The position numbers and the translations under genes were made by a program. Below the pieces are notes generated by a model. It did no database searches. It was not told where the DNA came from and saw only the letters and a program-made list of their open reading frames with translations. A stretch of 64,000 nucleotides of DNA, taken from an uncultured delta proteobacterium. Its GTDB lineage: Bacteria > Desulfobacterota > Binatia > DP-6. The DNA lies in contig CAWFFN010000012.1 of assembly GCA_963815115.1 (NCBI GenBank), forward strand, positions 800,001 through 864,000, given 5' to 3'. Below, piece by piece: positions 55,397 through 64,000 of this stretch; position 1 is the stretch's first letter; the number at the start of each line of letters is the position of its first letter.

Positions 55397-55666
55397 CAGC
55401 GATCCGGACGCGACCGGCCATGCTCGCCGGCATCATGGCTGGCCGCCCCTCCGGCCACCCTTGTAACAGCAAGGTGCTTCGTCCTAGAGCCAGCTCACGC
55501 ATCCGACAGGGGGAGGGCCCGACGTTGACCGTGCCCTGGTGGACCATTCTGCAGCAGACCGTGACACCCACGCGCGCCGGCTTCGGCCGCCTCGCCGCAG
55601 AAGCGACGGTGGTCTCCATCGACCGTGCTCCGCCCGCGGCATCGCGATAGTGCGGGGTGGTGTGGG

Positions 55667-56374
55667 ATGGCTCCACTCCCCGCCCGGAGGCGATCGAGGT
55701 CCGGCCGCCTCCTGCGCTCGCACCTCGGCGGCCTGCTGCGGTGGGCGCTCCCGCGTCTGGTCGCGCTGCTGTCCTACGCGATCTTCCGGACGTGCCGCGT
55801 GCGCTTCCTGGGCAAGCACCACGAGGATCAGTTCGTGCTCGCCGGACGGCAGATCATCTTCGCCGGTTTGCACGAAGGCATGATGATGCTGCCGTATCAC
55901 TTTCGCGATCGCGCGGGCGGCGTCGTGATGGTGAGTGGGAGTCGGGACGGCGACATCATCGCCGACACGGTCGAGCGCTTTGGCATGCGGGCGGTCCGTG
56001 GCTCGAGCGGCCGCGGCGGCAAGGATGCCCTCGACGCGATGGTCGAGGCGCTCCACGACGGCGGAGTCAGCGCCGGCGTCATCGTCGACGGACCGCGCGG
56101 GCCGGCGCTCGAGGCCAAGACCGGCGCGCTCGTGCTGGCGCGGGCGACCGGGCTACCCGTCGTCGCCGGCACGTGGTGGGCGCGGCCGCTCCTGCGCGTG
56201 CGGTCGTGGGACCACACGATCGTACCGCTCCCCTTCTCGCGCATCGTCTTCGCTTTCGCGCCCGCCTTGTTCGTGGGCCCGACCGCGAGTGATGCCGCGC
56301 TGGAGGAGGCGCGAATCGATCTCACGCGCCGACTGGGGGAGGCACGGGCCGAGGCGCAGGCCGCCTGCGCGTAG
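55667..56374 (+). CDS. DUF374 / lysophospholipid acyltransferase family protein
   Basis: 'MVSGSRDGDII', 'VRGSSGRGG', 'VDGPRGP', 'SWD...VPLPFS'. Confidence 0.88.
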   Translation: MAPLPARRRSRSGRLLRSHLGGLLRWALPRLVALLSYAIFRTCRVRFLGKHHEDQFVLAGRQIIFAGLHEGMMMLPYHFRDRAGGVVMVSGSRDGDIIADTVERFGMRAVRGSSGRGGKDALDAMVEALHDGGVSAGVIVDGPRGPALEAKTGALVLARATGLPVVAGTWWARPLLRVRSWDHTIVPLPFSRIVFAFAPALFVGPTASDAALEEARIDLTRRLGEARAEAQAACA

Positions 56375-56384
56375 CTCCGGTCTC

Positions 56385-57581
56385 ATGGGGAACCAATCCG
56401 GTGCGCGCCTTCCGGACGGCACCGAGACGTTCTCCTTGGTGCGGGGCGACCGGTTCTTTCGCATCCAGCGTGCAATCGGGCTGATTCCGGCCGAGGGCGG
56501 GCTCGGCGTCGGTCGGCGGGCGGTGTTTCTGGCGCTGGTCACCTGGCTGCCGGTCGCGGTGTGGGCGTATCTCACCGGGAGAGCCCTTCCCGGGCGCGTG
56601 AACGAGCCGCTGCTGCAGCATTTCGGGGTCCACGTGCGCTGTCTCGTCGCCATCCCGCTGTTCATCGTCGGCGAAGCGACGGTGCACGCCGCCTCGACGC
56701 AGCTCGTGCCGTACTTCCTGTCATCGGGGCTGGTGCCCGACGACGAGCCAGGGCGCTTCATCGCCATCATCCGACGTACGGCGGCGCTCCGCGACGCATG
56801 GCTGCCCTGGGTCCTCATCGCCGGACTCGTGCTGGCGTGGAACATCGTCCGGCCGATCGAGACGGACGTGCACGAGCTCGACTGGGCGGTCGACGCCGAT
56901 CGTCACGCGATGGGTTTCGGAGGCTGGTGGTTCTTCTACGTTGCTCGTCCGATCTTCATGGCGCTTCTGCTCGCGTGGCTCTGGCGCATCCTGCTCCTCG
57001 GAACGCTGCTGCGGCGGATCGCGGCGTTGCCGCTGTCGATCGTTCCCTCGCACCCCGACCGCACGGGCGGCCTGGGGTTCCTCGAGCGGCTTCCCGCCGC
57101 GCTCGCCCCCGTCGTCATGGCGATCTCGGCGGTTCTCGCATCGCGCTGGGGCCATGAGGTGGTCTTTCACGAGGTGTCGCTCGACTCGCTCAAGATGCCG
57201 GCGGCGATCTTCCTCGTTGGCATCGCCGGGCTCGTGCTGGCGCCGCTCATGGCGTTCTCGGGTCCGTTGCGGCGCGCCCGCAAACGCGCGCTGCTCGACT
57301 ACGGCGCCCTCGTCGGCGAGCAGGGCCGGCGCGTGCATCGGAAATGGATTCTGCGCCAGCCGGCGGCCGACGACGAGGAGCTGCTGTCCGCTCCGGAGCT
57401 CGGTCCGGTGGCCGACACGACCTCGCTCTACCAGTCGGTCGAGCACATGCGAACGGCCCCGATCGGGAAGAAGGCGCTGCTCGGCGTGCTGATACCGGCC
57501 GTCCTGCCCATGATCGCGGTCGTCGCGATTCGCATACCGCTCAAACAGGTGCTGCTCACGATCCTGAAGACCCTGGTCTGA
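56385..57581 (+). CDS. Conserved multi-TM membrane protein of unknown function
   Basis: Multiple hydrophobic helices; 'FSLVRG', 'HVRCLVAIPL', 'HPDRTGGLGFL', 'YGALV'. Confidence 0.8.
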   Translation: MGNQSGARLPDGTETFSLVRGDRFFRIQRAIGLIPAEGGLGVGRRAVFLALVTWLPVAVWAYLTGRALPGRVNEPLLQHFGVHVRCLVAIPLFIVGEATVHAASTQLVPYFLSSGLVPDDEPGRFIAIIRRTAALRDAWLPWVLIAGLVLAWNIVRPIETDVHELDWAVDADRHAMGFGGWWFFYVARPIFMALLLAWLWRILLLGTLLRRIAALPLSIVPSHPDRTGGLGFLERLPAALAPVVMAISAVLASRWGHEVVFHEVSLDSLKMPAAIFLVGIAGLVLAPLMAFSGPLRRARKRALLDYGALVGEQGRRVHRKWILRQPAADDEELLSAPELGPVADTTSLYQSVEHMRTAPIGKKALLGVLIPAVLPMIAVVAIRIPLKQVLLTILKTLV

Positions 57582-57683
57582 ACGCAATCGTCTTGCCAGA
57601 GCGTACAACCGCGCCCGCTTGCGCTTTTGCATGGTCCCTGCGAACGTCGTGCAGATGGCTCCGGTCATCGAACGGAGGTCACG

Positions 57684-57824
57684 GTGGGCGACAAATCACC
57701 CAAGTCGAAAGAGCGCGACCAGAAGCAGAAACAGAGCGCCAAGGCAGGAAGCGCCGCTGCCCTCAAGGCGAAGCAGGAAACGCATAGCCATGTCCCGCAG
57801 AATCCCCTGAAGGGCAGGAGATAG
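57684..57824 (+). CDS. Small basic protein (46 aa, MGDKSPKSK...)
   Basis: GGAGG 5 nt before the GTG; Lys/Gln-rich sequence in an A-rich stretch of a GC-rich genome. Confidence 0.65.
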   Translation: MGDKSPKSKERDQKQKQSAKAGSAAALKAKQETHSHVPQNPLKGRR

Positions 57825-58031
57825 CGCCGCCGGCCGATGGGATCGACCTAGCGACGTACTGGCGACGTACCGGATTCGTTTGACGGGAGAGCTTAGCGAG
57901 CATAAGGTGCGAGGTCGGCCCGACGAGATCGACGCGTCACCGGCGCCGCGATTCGAAACGCGGCCATATCGCCTCGCAGACATGGCCTCTGCGCGGGCGA
58001 GGGCGACCCAGGCCGCGACCGGAGGGACGAC

Positions 58032-58277
58032 GTGACTGAGGGACAAGCGCGCGAGTGGGTGCACAGGCAGTTGATCGTCGACGAGCTCGACTGCGCGCAA
58101 CTCGAAGCAGTTTTCACGGTGCTCACGGAGCGCCCGCCGAACGCGCTCGATCGGCAGAACGGGCTCTTCCGATCTTGTTGTGAGATCGTGCTCGTGTCGG
58201 TGCCGGCTGCGCCGCCGACGCACGTGGTCCCACCGCCTCCGAAGCCGCCCCGGTCTCCCAGGTCGATCGAATCCTGA
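58032..58277 (+). CDS. Small hypothetical protein
   Basis: GGAGGG before the GTG; fills an intergenic gap and has protein-like composition. Confidence 0.4.
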   Translation: MTEGQAREWVHRQLIVDELDCAQLEAVFTVLTERPPNALDRQNGLFRSCCEIVLVSVPAAPPTHVVPPPPKPPRSPRSIES

Positions 58278-58367
58278 ACCGGGACCGCGGCAGCTGCTGG
58301 CAGGTCGCCGCCGGTGGATTGCCCGCCGTCCGCTGCATCAGCTTCGGCTGACGCGAGGCCCGGCGGG

Positions 58368-59765
58368 TCAGAGCTGTAGCATGAAGGCGACGAGGTCGTT
58401 CTTCTCGTCAGCCGTCAGCTTGACGCCGGCCACGAGATTGAAGAACTCGACCGTGTCGCCGAGCGTGAGGAGCCTGTCGTCGTGGAGGTAGGGCGGTGAG
58501 TCCTTGATGCCACGCAAGGGGAAGGTCTTGATCGGCCCGTCGGCGCTGGCCATGATCCCGTTCACCATGCGCGGTTCGTAGAAGCGCTCGAGCTTCAGAT
58601 TGTGCATGGAGTTGTCGGTGTAGTACGGCGCGGGATGGCAGCTCGCGCAATTCGCCTTGCCGAAGAAGAGCTCCTGGCCGCGTAGCTCGGACTCGGTCGC
58701 CAGCGCCGGATCGAGCTTGCCGTCGATGCCGAGCTTCGGCGCGGGCGGGAAGTCGAGGATCTCCTGGAACTCGGCCATGAAGTGGACCTGGCTGCCGCGC
58801 TCGAGGATGTTCACGCCCTTCTTGGTCGCGATCACGGGATCGCCGTCGAAATAGGCGGCGCGCTGCTCGAACTCCGTGAAGTCCTCGACCGTCTTGAGCG
58901 CGCGCTGCGACCCGAAGAGCCGCTGGATGTTCACGCCGCGCAACGAGACGGTATCGATGCGGTGACGGAACTCTTGCGGGCGGATGTCGCCGACCAGGTG
59001 AAACGCCGCGTTGGTGTGACCGTTCGCGTGGCAATCGAAGCACGCGACGCCGCGGCTCGGACGCTCCGAGCGGCGATCCTCGGTCTGGTTGAACTGCTGC
59101 TGCGGAAACGGCGTGAGAAGCAGCCGGAGACCTTCGATCTGCTTCGGATTCAGGAGGCCGTTGAAGAGCGCGTAGTAGTTGTCGATCGTGACGAGCCGGC
59201 CCTTCGACACGTCGCCGAGATCCGGCCGCGTGGTGAGGTAGATCGGCGGCGGGAACTCGGGCAGGAACTGATCCGGAAGGTCGAAGTCGATGTCGAAGCG
59301 CGTGAGGTCGCGTCCCTCCTGCTTGTTGATCTCGTCGATCTCGAATTTCGGGAACACCATGCCCCCCTCCTGCTGCTTGACGTGCGGAAGAGGAAGGAAG
59401 CCCGCCGGGAAGAGGTCCTTCTGCCGGATGTCGGCAGGGCTCATCGTCGCGAGGGTGTCCCAGGTGACGCCGCTCGGGAGCTTGACGCGGACGCCGCCCT
59501 GCACCGGCTTGCCGCGTGACATCGCGACGCCCTTCGCGGGCTTGTCGGCGAGGTCGTAGCGCGTGTTCAGGAGGTCAGCCTGCCGCTTCTCGACCTCCTG
59601 CTTGGCCGCCCTGAGGGGTGCGCTCAGGCTCTGGAAGTCCTGGGTGATGTCGACGGGCGCGTAGCTCGAGGTGACCTTGCCCGTCTGCTCCGCGGCGGAG
59701 ACGAGCGGGATCACGAGCGTGGCGCACCCGAGCGCTGCAACCCACCGGCGAATGGCTGTCTTCAC
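58368..59765 (-). CDS. Secreted di-haem cytochrome c peroxidase/MauG-like protein
   Basis: Signal peptide; CFDCH and CASCH; 'KTFPLRGIKDSPPYLHDDRLLTL'; C-terminal 'DLVAF'. Confidence 0.88.
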   Translation of the reverse strand: MKTAIRRWVAALGCATLVIPLVSAAEQTGKVTSSYAPVDITQDFQSLSAPLRAAKQEVEKRQADLLNTRYDLADKPAKGVAMSRGKPVQGGVRVKLPSGVTWDTLATMSPADIRQKDLFPAGFLPLPHVKQQEGGMVFPKFEIDEINKQEGRDLTRFDIDFDLPDQFLPEFPPPIYLTTRPDLGDVSKGRLVTIDNYYALFNGLLNPKQIEGLRLLLTPFPQQQFNQTEDRRSERPSRGVACFDCHANGHTNAAFHLVGDIRPQEFRHRIDTVSLRGVNIQRLFGSQRALKTVEDFTEFEQRAAYFDGDPVIATKKGVNILERGSQVHFMAEFQEILDFPPAPKLGIDGKLDPALATESELRGQELFFGKANCASCHPAPYYTDNSMHNLKLERFYEPRMVNGIMASADGPIKTFPLRGIKDSPPYLHDDRLLTLGDTVEFFNLVAGVKLTADEKNDLVAFMLQL

Positions 59766-60058
59766 TGTTCCTCCTCACGCCCCCGGCCGATCGCCACCGA
59801 GACGTCGACCGTCGAGCACTTGCACAGAGTGCCGCCCCTTGCCGTCGGTACGGATATCCCTGACCTCGGTCATGTCAGAAAAAGTGGTGTGGCACGAGCC
59901 ACCAGCAATGTCATGCGAGTCCTCTGCGACGGTCGGGCCGCCAGGCGGTGGGTCGCCTCCGGTTCGAGCCGCGGCCCGCGATGATGCGGACGCCGACGAC
60001 GACCGTCGCGCCTCCGGGGCTCGGTTGTCCGGAGCCCGGGCATTGGTCATATGGTCAT

Positions 60059-60372
60059 ATGCGCAAGACGTCGCTGGCGGACGCCAAGGCTCGGCTCTCG
60101 GCCCTGGTGGACGACGCCGAGCACCGGCACGCGTCGGCGTGATGCTGCCGGGAATACGTGCCTACGTGGACGCGTTGCTCGCCGGAGCCGCCGTCGTTCC
60201 CCTCGGCCGTCGAGCCAGCGGTCAGGCGCGAGAGAGGGCGATGCGATGGCATCTCCGTGCCGCAGATGCGGTCTATGTCTGGGTGGCTACGCGCGAAGCC
60301 ATCCCGCTCTGTACCCTCGATCGTGAGCTCGAGCGCCGCGCGAGCGGTGCGTGCCAGGTCATCGGGCCCTGA
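60059..60372 (+). pseudogene. Internally deleted Phd/YefM antitoxin-PIN (VapC) toxin operon
   Basis: 'MRKTSLADAKARLSALVDDAE' (Phd N-terminus) stops after 27 aa. It is followed by only the PIN C-terminal half, 'LRAADAVYVWVA...LCTLDREL'. Confidence 0.75.
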
Positions 60373-60474
60373 GAAGGCTGGCCGCCGCTAGCGAGCCGCG
60401 GCCGTACCGGCAATGGACCCGCGGGCCGGGACCGGAGCAGCCCGGGTCGGCTGCTCCGGCCGCCGTTCTCTCTT

Positions 60475-60852
60475 TTACTGCAGCTCGACGGATCGCAGCG
60501 CGACCGCGTTGCCGTCGGACAGGGTGAAGGTGCCGCGCAGCTTGTCGATGCTGCCGGACGCCGTCGCGGAGCACGCCACGGCCGCTCCGCTGGGGATCGA
60601 GTTGGCGAAGACGGAGCAGTTGAAGCCCGCGGGAATGGGCTCGTTGCACGTGCTGGCCACCTGCAACGGGTTGCCGCTCTCGTCGACGATGCTGACCTGG
60701 ACTGCAATCGTTCGCGTGCTCGGATTGCCGATCACGCATTGAGCCGCGCGCTGGGTTGTTGCGCCGAAGATCACGGAGGTGGCGATGGTCTGGGCCGCGT
60801 GGGACAGGCCGGACAGGCCGGCAATGACGCTGAGTGCGAGGGCGATTCTCAT
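60475..60852 (-). CDS. Small secreted 4-Cys beta-sandwich protein (paralog 1)
   Basis: Signal peptide ending SHA-AQTI; RBS GAAGGAG; similar to the adjacent gene. Confidence 0.8.
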   Translation of the reverse strand: MRIALALSVIAGLSGLSHAAQTIATSVIFGATTQRAAQCVIGNPSTRTIAVQVSIVDESGNPLQVASTCNEPIPAGFNCSVFANSIPSGAAVACSATASGSIDKLRGTFTLSDGNAVALRSVELQ

Positions 60853-60909
60853 TGCGATCTCCTTCCTCTGGGGACCGGTGCGGTTGGCGAGAGAGCTCGG
60901 GACGCGCCG

Positions 60910-61308
60910 CTAGCGCATCCGCTCCGCCGCGACCACCCTCGGGAAGGGAGCGATCTGGCGAATCTCGACGTTTCCGCGCACGTTCTTCGCGCTCCCGCCG
61001 ATCACGGCCGAGCAGGCGAACGTCACGTCGTCGTCGAGCTCGCCGACCAGCAGGACGCAGCTGTGCCCTGCAGCCAGCGGCGCCTGGCTGCAGTTCTCGA
61101 AGGTCGGCTGGACCGGGGCGGTGTAGTTCACCGAGGCGGTCAAGCCCACCGCGACGGGCCGGGTGCCGATGTTGCGAACGTAGCAGGCGGCCGACGTGTT
61201 CGTGCTGGTCGGCAGGCCTGCGCTGACGATGGTCTGTGCCGCGTGGGCGTACCCGGCGATTCCGAACATCAGGAACGCGACGGCGGTGAGGGGAGTGCGA
61301 ATCGTCAT
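60910..61308 (-). CDS. Small secreted 4-Cys beta-sandwich protein (paralog 2)
   Basis: Signal peptide ending AHA-AQTI; RBS AAGGAGG; same Cys pattern as paralog 1. Confidence 0.8.
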   Translation of the reverse strand: MTIRTPLTAVAFLMFGIAGYAHAAQTIVSAGLPTSTNTSAACYVRNIGTRPVAVGLTASVNYTAPVQPTFENCSQAPLAAGHSCVLLVGELDDDVTFACSAVIGGSAKNVRGNVEIRQIAPFPRVVAAERMR

Positions 61309-61399
61309 CGAACCTCCTTGGCGAAGAATGCGGGGGGCTGCGCGCCGCTCCGGAGGACGACTGTCCGGCGCGCCTTGCCCCCTCAGGCTACGTCAGAGA

Positions 61400-61610
61400 G
61401 GCGCTACCTCGGGGGTAGCGCGCCGCTACCCGCGCCTACGGCGTGTGCAGGAAGGCGACCAGGTCGGCGTGGTCCTGGTCCGCCAGATGCAGATCGAATA
61501 TCTCTCCGATCTCATCGGTACGCCCGCCTTCGTGGCCGACTCCTCCACCGCATCGGTGACGGGTCGGCGTACCCTGGAGGGCGCTACCGTCCGGGTAGCG
61601 AGCCGCTACG
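61400..61610. repeat. Two copies of GCGCTACC-N5-GGTAGCG-N-GCCGCTAC (61401-61429 and 61581-61609)
   Basis: Direct repeat exactly 180 bp apart, each copy made of overlapping palindromes. Confidence 0.75.
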
Positions 61611-61786
61611 ACCCGGCGTGGAGCGCTTCCGGCGTGGTGCCGGCTCGGAGGCAGTGGCCGATCGAGAGCCCGGCCCAGGCGCCAACCGCGCGAGAGAGAC
61701 GAACCGCCCATCCTGCGCCGCGTCGTTACGGAGGGGCGCTCAGCTGGTAGAGCGATCGGGCCCGGCTCACTCGGGGGAAAACGGGG

Positions 61787-63439
61787 ATGATTCGCGAAGT
61801 CACCGCCGCGCTGCTGCTCTCGTCGCTGCTCGCACCGCCGATGGCGCTCGCGCAGGTCGCATCGCCGCCGCACATCATCGGCCGGTGGGTGGGACCGAAC
61901 GTCCCGAAGGTGCAGCCCGACCTGGCGTTCTGGGGCACCGATCTGGGCTGGACCGTCGAGCACAAGGGCGAGCTACAGATCCTGTTCGGCGACACCGACG
62001 AGACGTTCGATTCCGTCTGCTACGGACAGCTCCACAACGACGACTCGCAGGGCGTGATCCCGCTCCAGCCACCCGCGACGGGCGTTCCACCGCTGACCTT
62101 CCTGACCGACCCGAACGATCCGAACGTGCTGCAACACCTCTTCGTCTTCCGCAACGGCGAGTCCCTGCAGATGGGGTACGGGCAGGTGCCGGTCGGCGCG
62201 TACAGCGACGGGCAGAACCTCGTCGCCATCATGGGACGCGGCGGAACGATCCCGTGCAATGCGGGAGTCGCCTCGCCCGTGGCCGCGTGCCGGGGGCCGC
62301 TCGAGGATCACCCCGCCAGGACGAACTGGAAGAGCGCCGACGGCCTGCGCTGCTCGCAGAGCGTGGGCGAGTGCATTCCCGCACCGAACGGCATTCCCAC
62401 CCCGTGCGAGCTCGCGACCGGCGCCGGGTGCAACCCGGTCCTGCGCGGAGTGTGTACGCCGACGGCGACCGGACTCTGCGTCGACCCCTCGAGCTCGCAG
62501 AACGACGGGACCCCGGCCTCCGAGGTCTACACCACCGGAAACGAGATGGAGTTTGCGATCCAGGACCCCGACCAGCGCGGCAACTACGAATCCGTCGCGA
62601 CCCTGCGCACGAACAAGTTCATCAACCCGACCGCGCGCACGGTGAAGCGCTTCACCGGCCGCCCCTCCGGGAGCGACTACGAACCGGGGAGCGGTACGGT
62701 GCTCGTCTGGGGCCGCCCGGGATTCAGCGGCCAGCAGGGCCGGCAGGCGCAGATCTACCTGCTGGCGCACCGACTTCCGATCAAGCGCGCCGGCAACGGG
62801 CGCTGGCGCTTCCGGCCCAGGTACTTCGCGGGGGTGCACAAGCGCACGAACCTCCCCATCTGGTCGCGCGAGCAGCGCAAGGCGAAGCCGCTCGCGCTCG
62901 ACGGCGTCGTCGGTGGAAGCTCGTTCGAGGAGCAGCCGCTCGTGAACCAGTTCACGATCAGCTGGGTCGGCGGCTCGATTCGCAAATGGGTGATGCTCTA
63001 CGGCGGAAACATCGGCGACTACCTGCTGCTCGATCCCGCTCACTCCCGCCCCGGCGAGGGGCCGGGCTCGGTGCGCATCCGCTTCGCGGATCACCCGTGG
63101 GGGCCGTGGTCGCCCGCCAAGCCGCACCTGCTCGAAGGGTCCCCCGCCGAGGCCGGCACTCCGCTGGGGCCCGGCGGCGTGCTGTTCCATCCGCTGTGCG
63201 TCGACCGGCCCGGCGCGCCCTGCGCCCCGAGTGACCCGATTCGCCCGGTCGACTCGTTCCTGCCTCTCTGCTTCCCGTCCGGGAAGACGTTCGACAACGG
63301 GTTCTTCTACGGCGCCAACATCATCGACGCGTACACCACGTCCGACGGCGCGGGCGGCATGGACGTCTACTGGAACGTGTCGACGTGGAACCCGTACGGC
63401 GTGCTGTTCCTGAAGACGAACCTGCGACCCGGCTCCTGA
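61787..63439 (+). CDS. Secreted DUF4185-like beta-propeller (GH183-related) with Cys-rich insertion
   Basis: Signal peptide; 'GTDLGWTVEHKGELQILFGDT'; 'HPWGPWS'; 'YGANII...YWNVSTWNPYGV'. Confidence 0.7.
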   Translation: MIREVTAALLLSSLLAPPMALAQVASPPHIIGRWVGPNVPKVQPDLAFWGTDLGWTVEHKGELQILFGDTDETFDSVCYGQLHNDDSQGVIPLQPPATGVPPLTFLTDPNDPNVLQHLFVFRNGESLQMGYGQVPVGAYSDGQNLVAIMGRGGTIPCNAGVASPVAACRGPLEDHPARTNWKSADGLRCSQSVGECIPAPNGIPTPCELATGAGCNPVLRGVCTPTATGLCVDPSSSQNDGTPASEVYTTGNEMEFAIQDPDQRGNYESVATLRTNKFINPTARTVKRFTGRPSGSDYEPGSGTVLVWGRPGFSGQQGRQAQIYLLAHRLPIKRAGNGRWRFRPRYFAGVHKRTNLPIWSREQRKAKPLALDGVVGGSSFEEQPLVNQFTISWVGGSIRKWVMLYGGNIGDYLLLDPAHSRPGEGPGSVRIRFADHPWGPWSPAKPHLLEGSPAEAGTPLGPGGVLFHPLCVDRPGAPCAPSDPIRPVDSFLPLCFPSGKTFDNGFFYGANIIDAYTTSDGAGGMDVYWNVSTWNPYGVLFLKTNLRPGS

Positions 63440-63502
63440 GCTCGACGTGCCGCGGACGACCTCCGAGGGGACAGACGGCGTCGAAACGGATATCCGTCCC
63501 CG

Positions 63503-64000
63503 ATGGTCAAGCGGAGCCTCGAATCGATCGCCGCGACATGCTTCGCCGGACTCCTGGTCTTCCTGCCGGTGGCCCTCACGTTGGGCGTGCTGGCCTGGGT
63601 GTTCAGCCTGGTGAACCGGCTCATCGGCCCGGGCACCGTCGTCGGCAGGCTGTTCGCGACGCTTGGATATCCCGTGACCAGCAATCCGGCTCTGGCGTAC
63701 GTGTTCGGGGGTCTGGTCCTCCTGGCCGGCATCTACGTCCTCGGATTGAGCGTGCAGGCCGGCCTCAAGGGGCACCTGCGCACGCTGGCCGATCGCACGG
63801 TGCGCCGCATCCCGCTCGTCGGCAACGTGTATGGCGTCGCCGATCGCTTCGTCGGCCTGCTCGACCACCAGCAGGAAGCGGACATCGGGGCCATGAGTCC
63901 GGTGTGGTTGTTCTTCGGCGGTGACGGCGCAGCGGTGCTGGGGCTCGTGCCGAGTCCGAAGCCCATCGACATCGAGGGACGCAGCTACGTGAGCGTGCTC
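63503..64000 (+). CDS. DUF502 membrane protein, runs off the window
   Basis: Manual translation: MVKRSLESIAATCFAGLLVFLPVALT...RIPLVGNVY...MSPVWLFFGG. Confidence 0.8.
   Translation, partial: MVKRSLESIAATCFAGLLVFLPVALTLGVLAWVFSLVNRLIGPGTVVGRLFATLGYPVTSNPALAYVFGGLVLLAGIYVLGLSVQAGLKGHLRTLADRTVRRIPLVGNVYGVADRFVGLLDHQQEADIGAMSPVWLFFGGDGAAVLGLVPSPKPIDIEGRSYVSVL

Noticed and set aside
59890-59907. TGGCACG as a possible sigma-54 promoter
   Set aside because: The GC is not at GG-N10-GC spacing.
61738-61753. GCTCAGCTGGTAGAGC, an exact tRNA D-arm-like sequence
   Set aside because: No U8, anticodon stem, T-arm (GTTCRA) or acceptor pairing follows, so it is not a tRNA. A decayed fragment cannot be excluded.

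Overview
High-GC bacterial chromosomal window with about 47 genes. The many Cys-rich secreted proteins, STAND regulators, S1 paralog and box genes suggest a Candidatus Binatia/deltaproteobacterial-type genome (inference). I found no rRNA, intact tRNA, CRISPR array, integrase or transposase. Recognisable content: phoD, fabD, a 4-domain S1 protein, two STAND-type ATPase/TPR signalling proteins, a czcCBA-type heavy-metal RND pump, an HxlR-controlled molybdoenzyme-SDR-kappa-GST operon, an actinobacterial-type TetR/acyl-ACP desaturase pair, boxC-boxB-benzoate-CoA ligase without boxA, a di-haem CCP/MauG-family protein, and a DUF4185-like secreted glycosidase. The strongest candidate for something new is a ~7.4 kb gene (36204-43590) for a giant secreted protein. 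It carries a Cys-to-Ser transglutaminase-like domain, a Lys-rich helical cassette, Ig-like domains and an LVIVD propeller, and its signal peptide is disconnected from the body by one extra C in a C6 tract. Other notable items are several clear operator arrays, a possible SD-sequestering RNA switch, tandem small secreted 4-Cys paralogs and four gene remnants. All family assignments come from motif recognition by eye, not from database searches.
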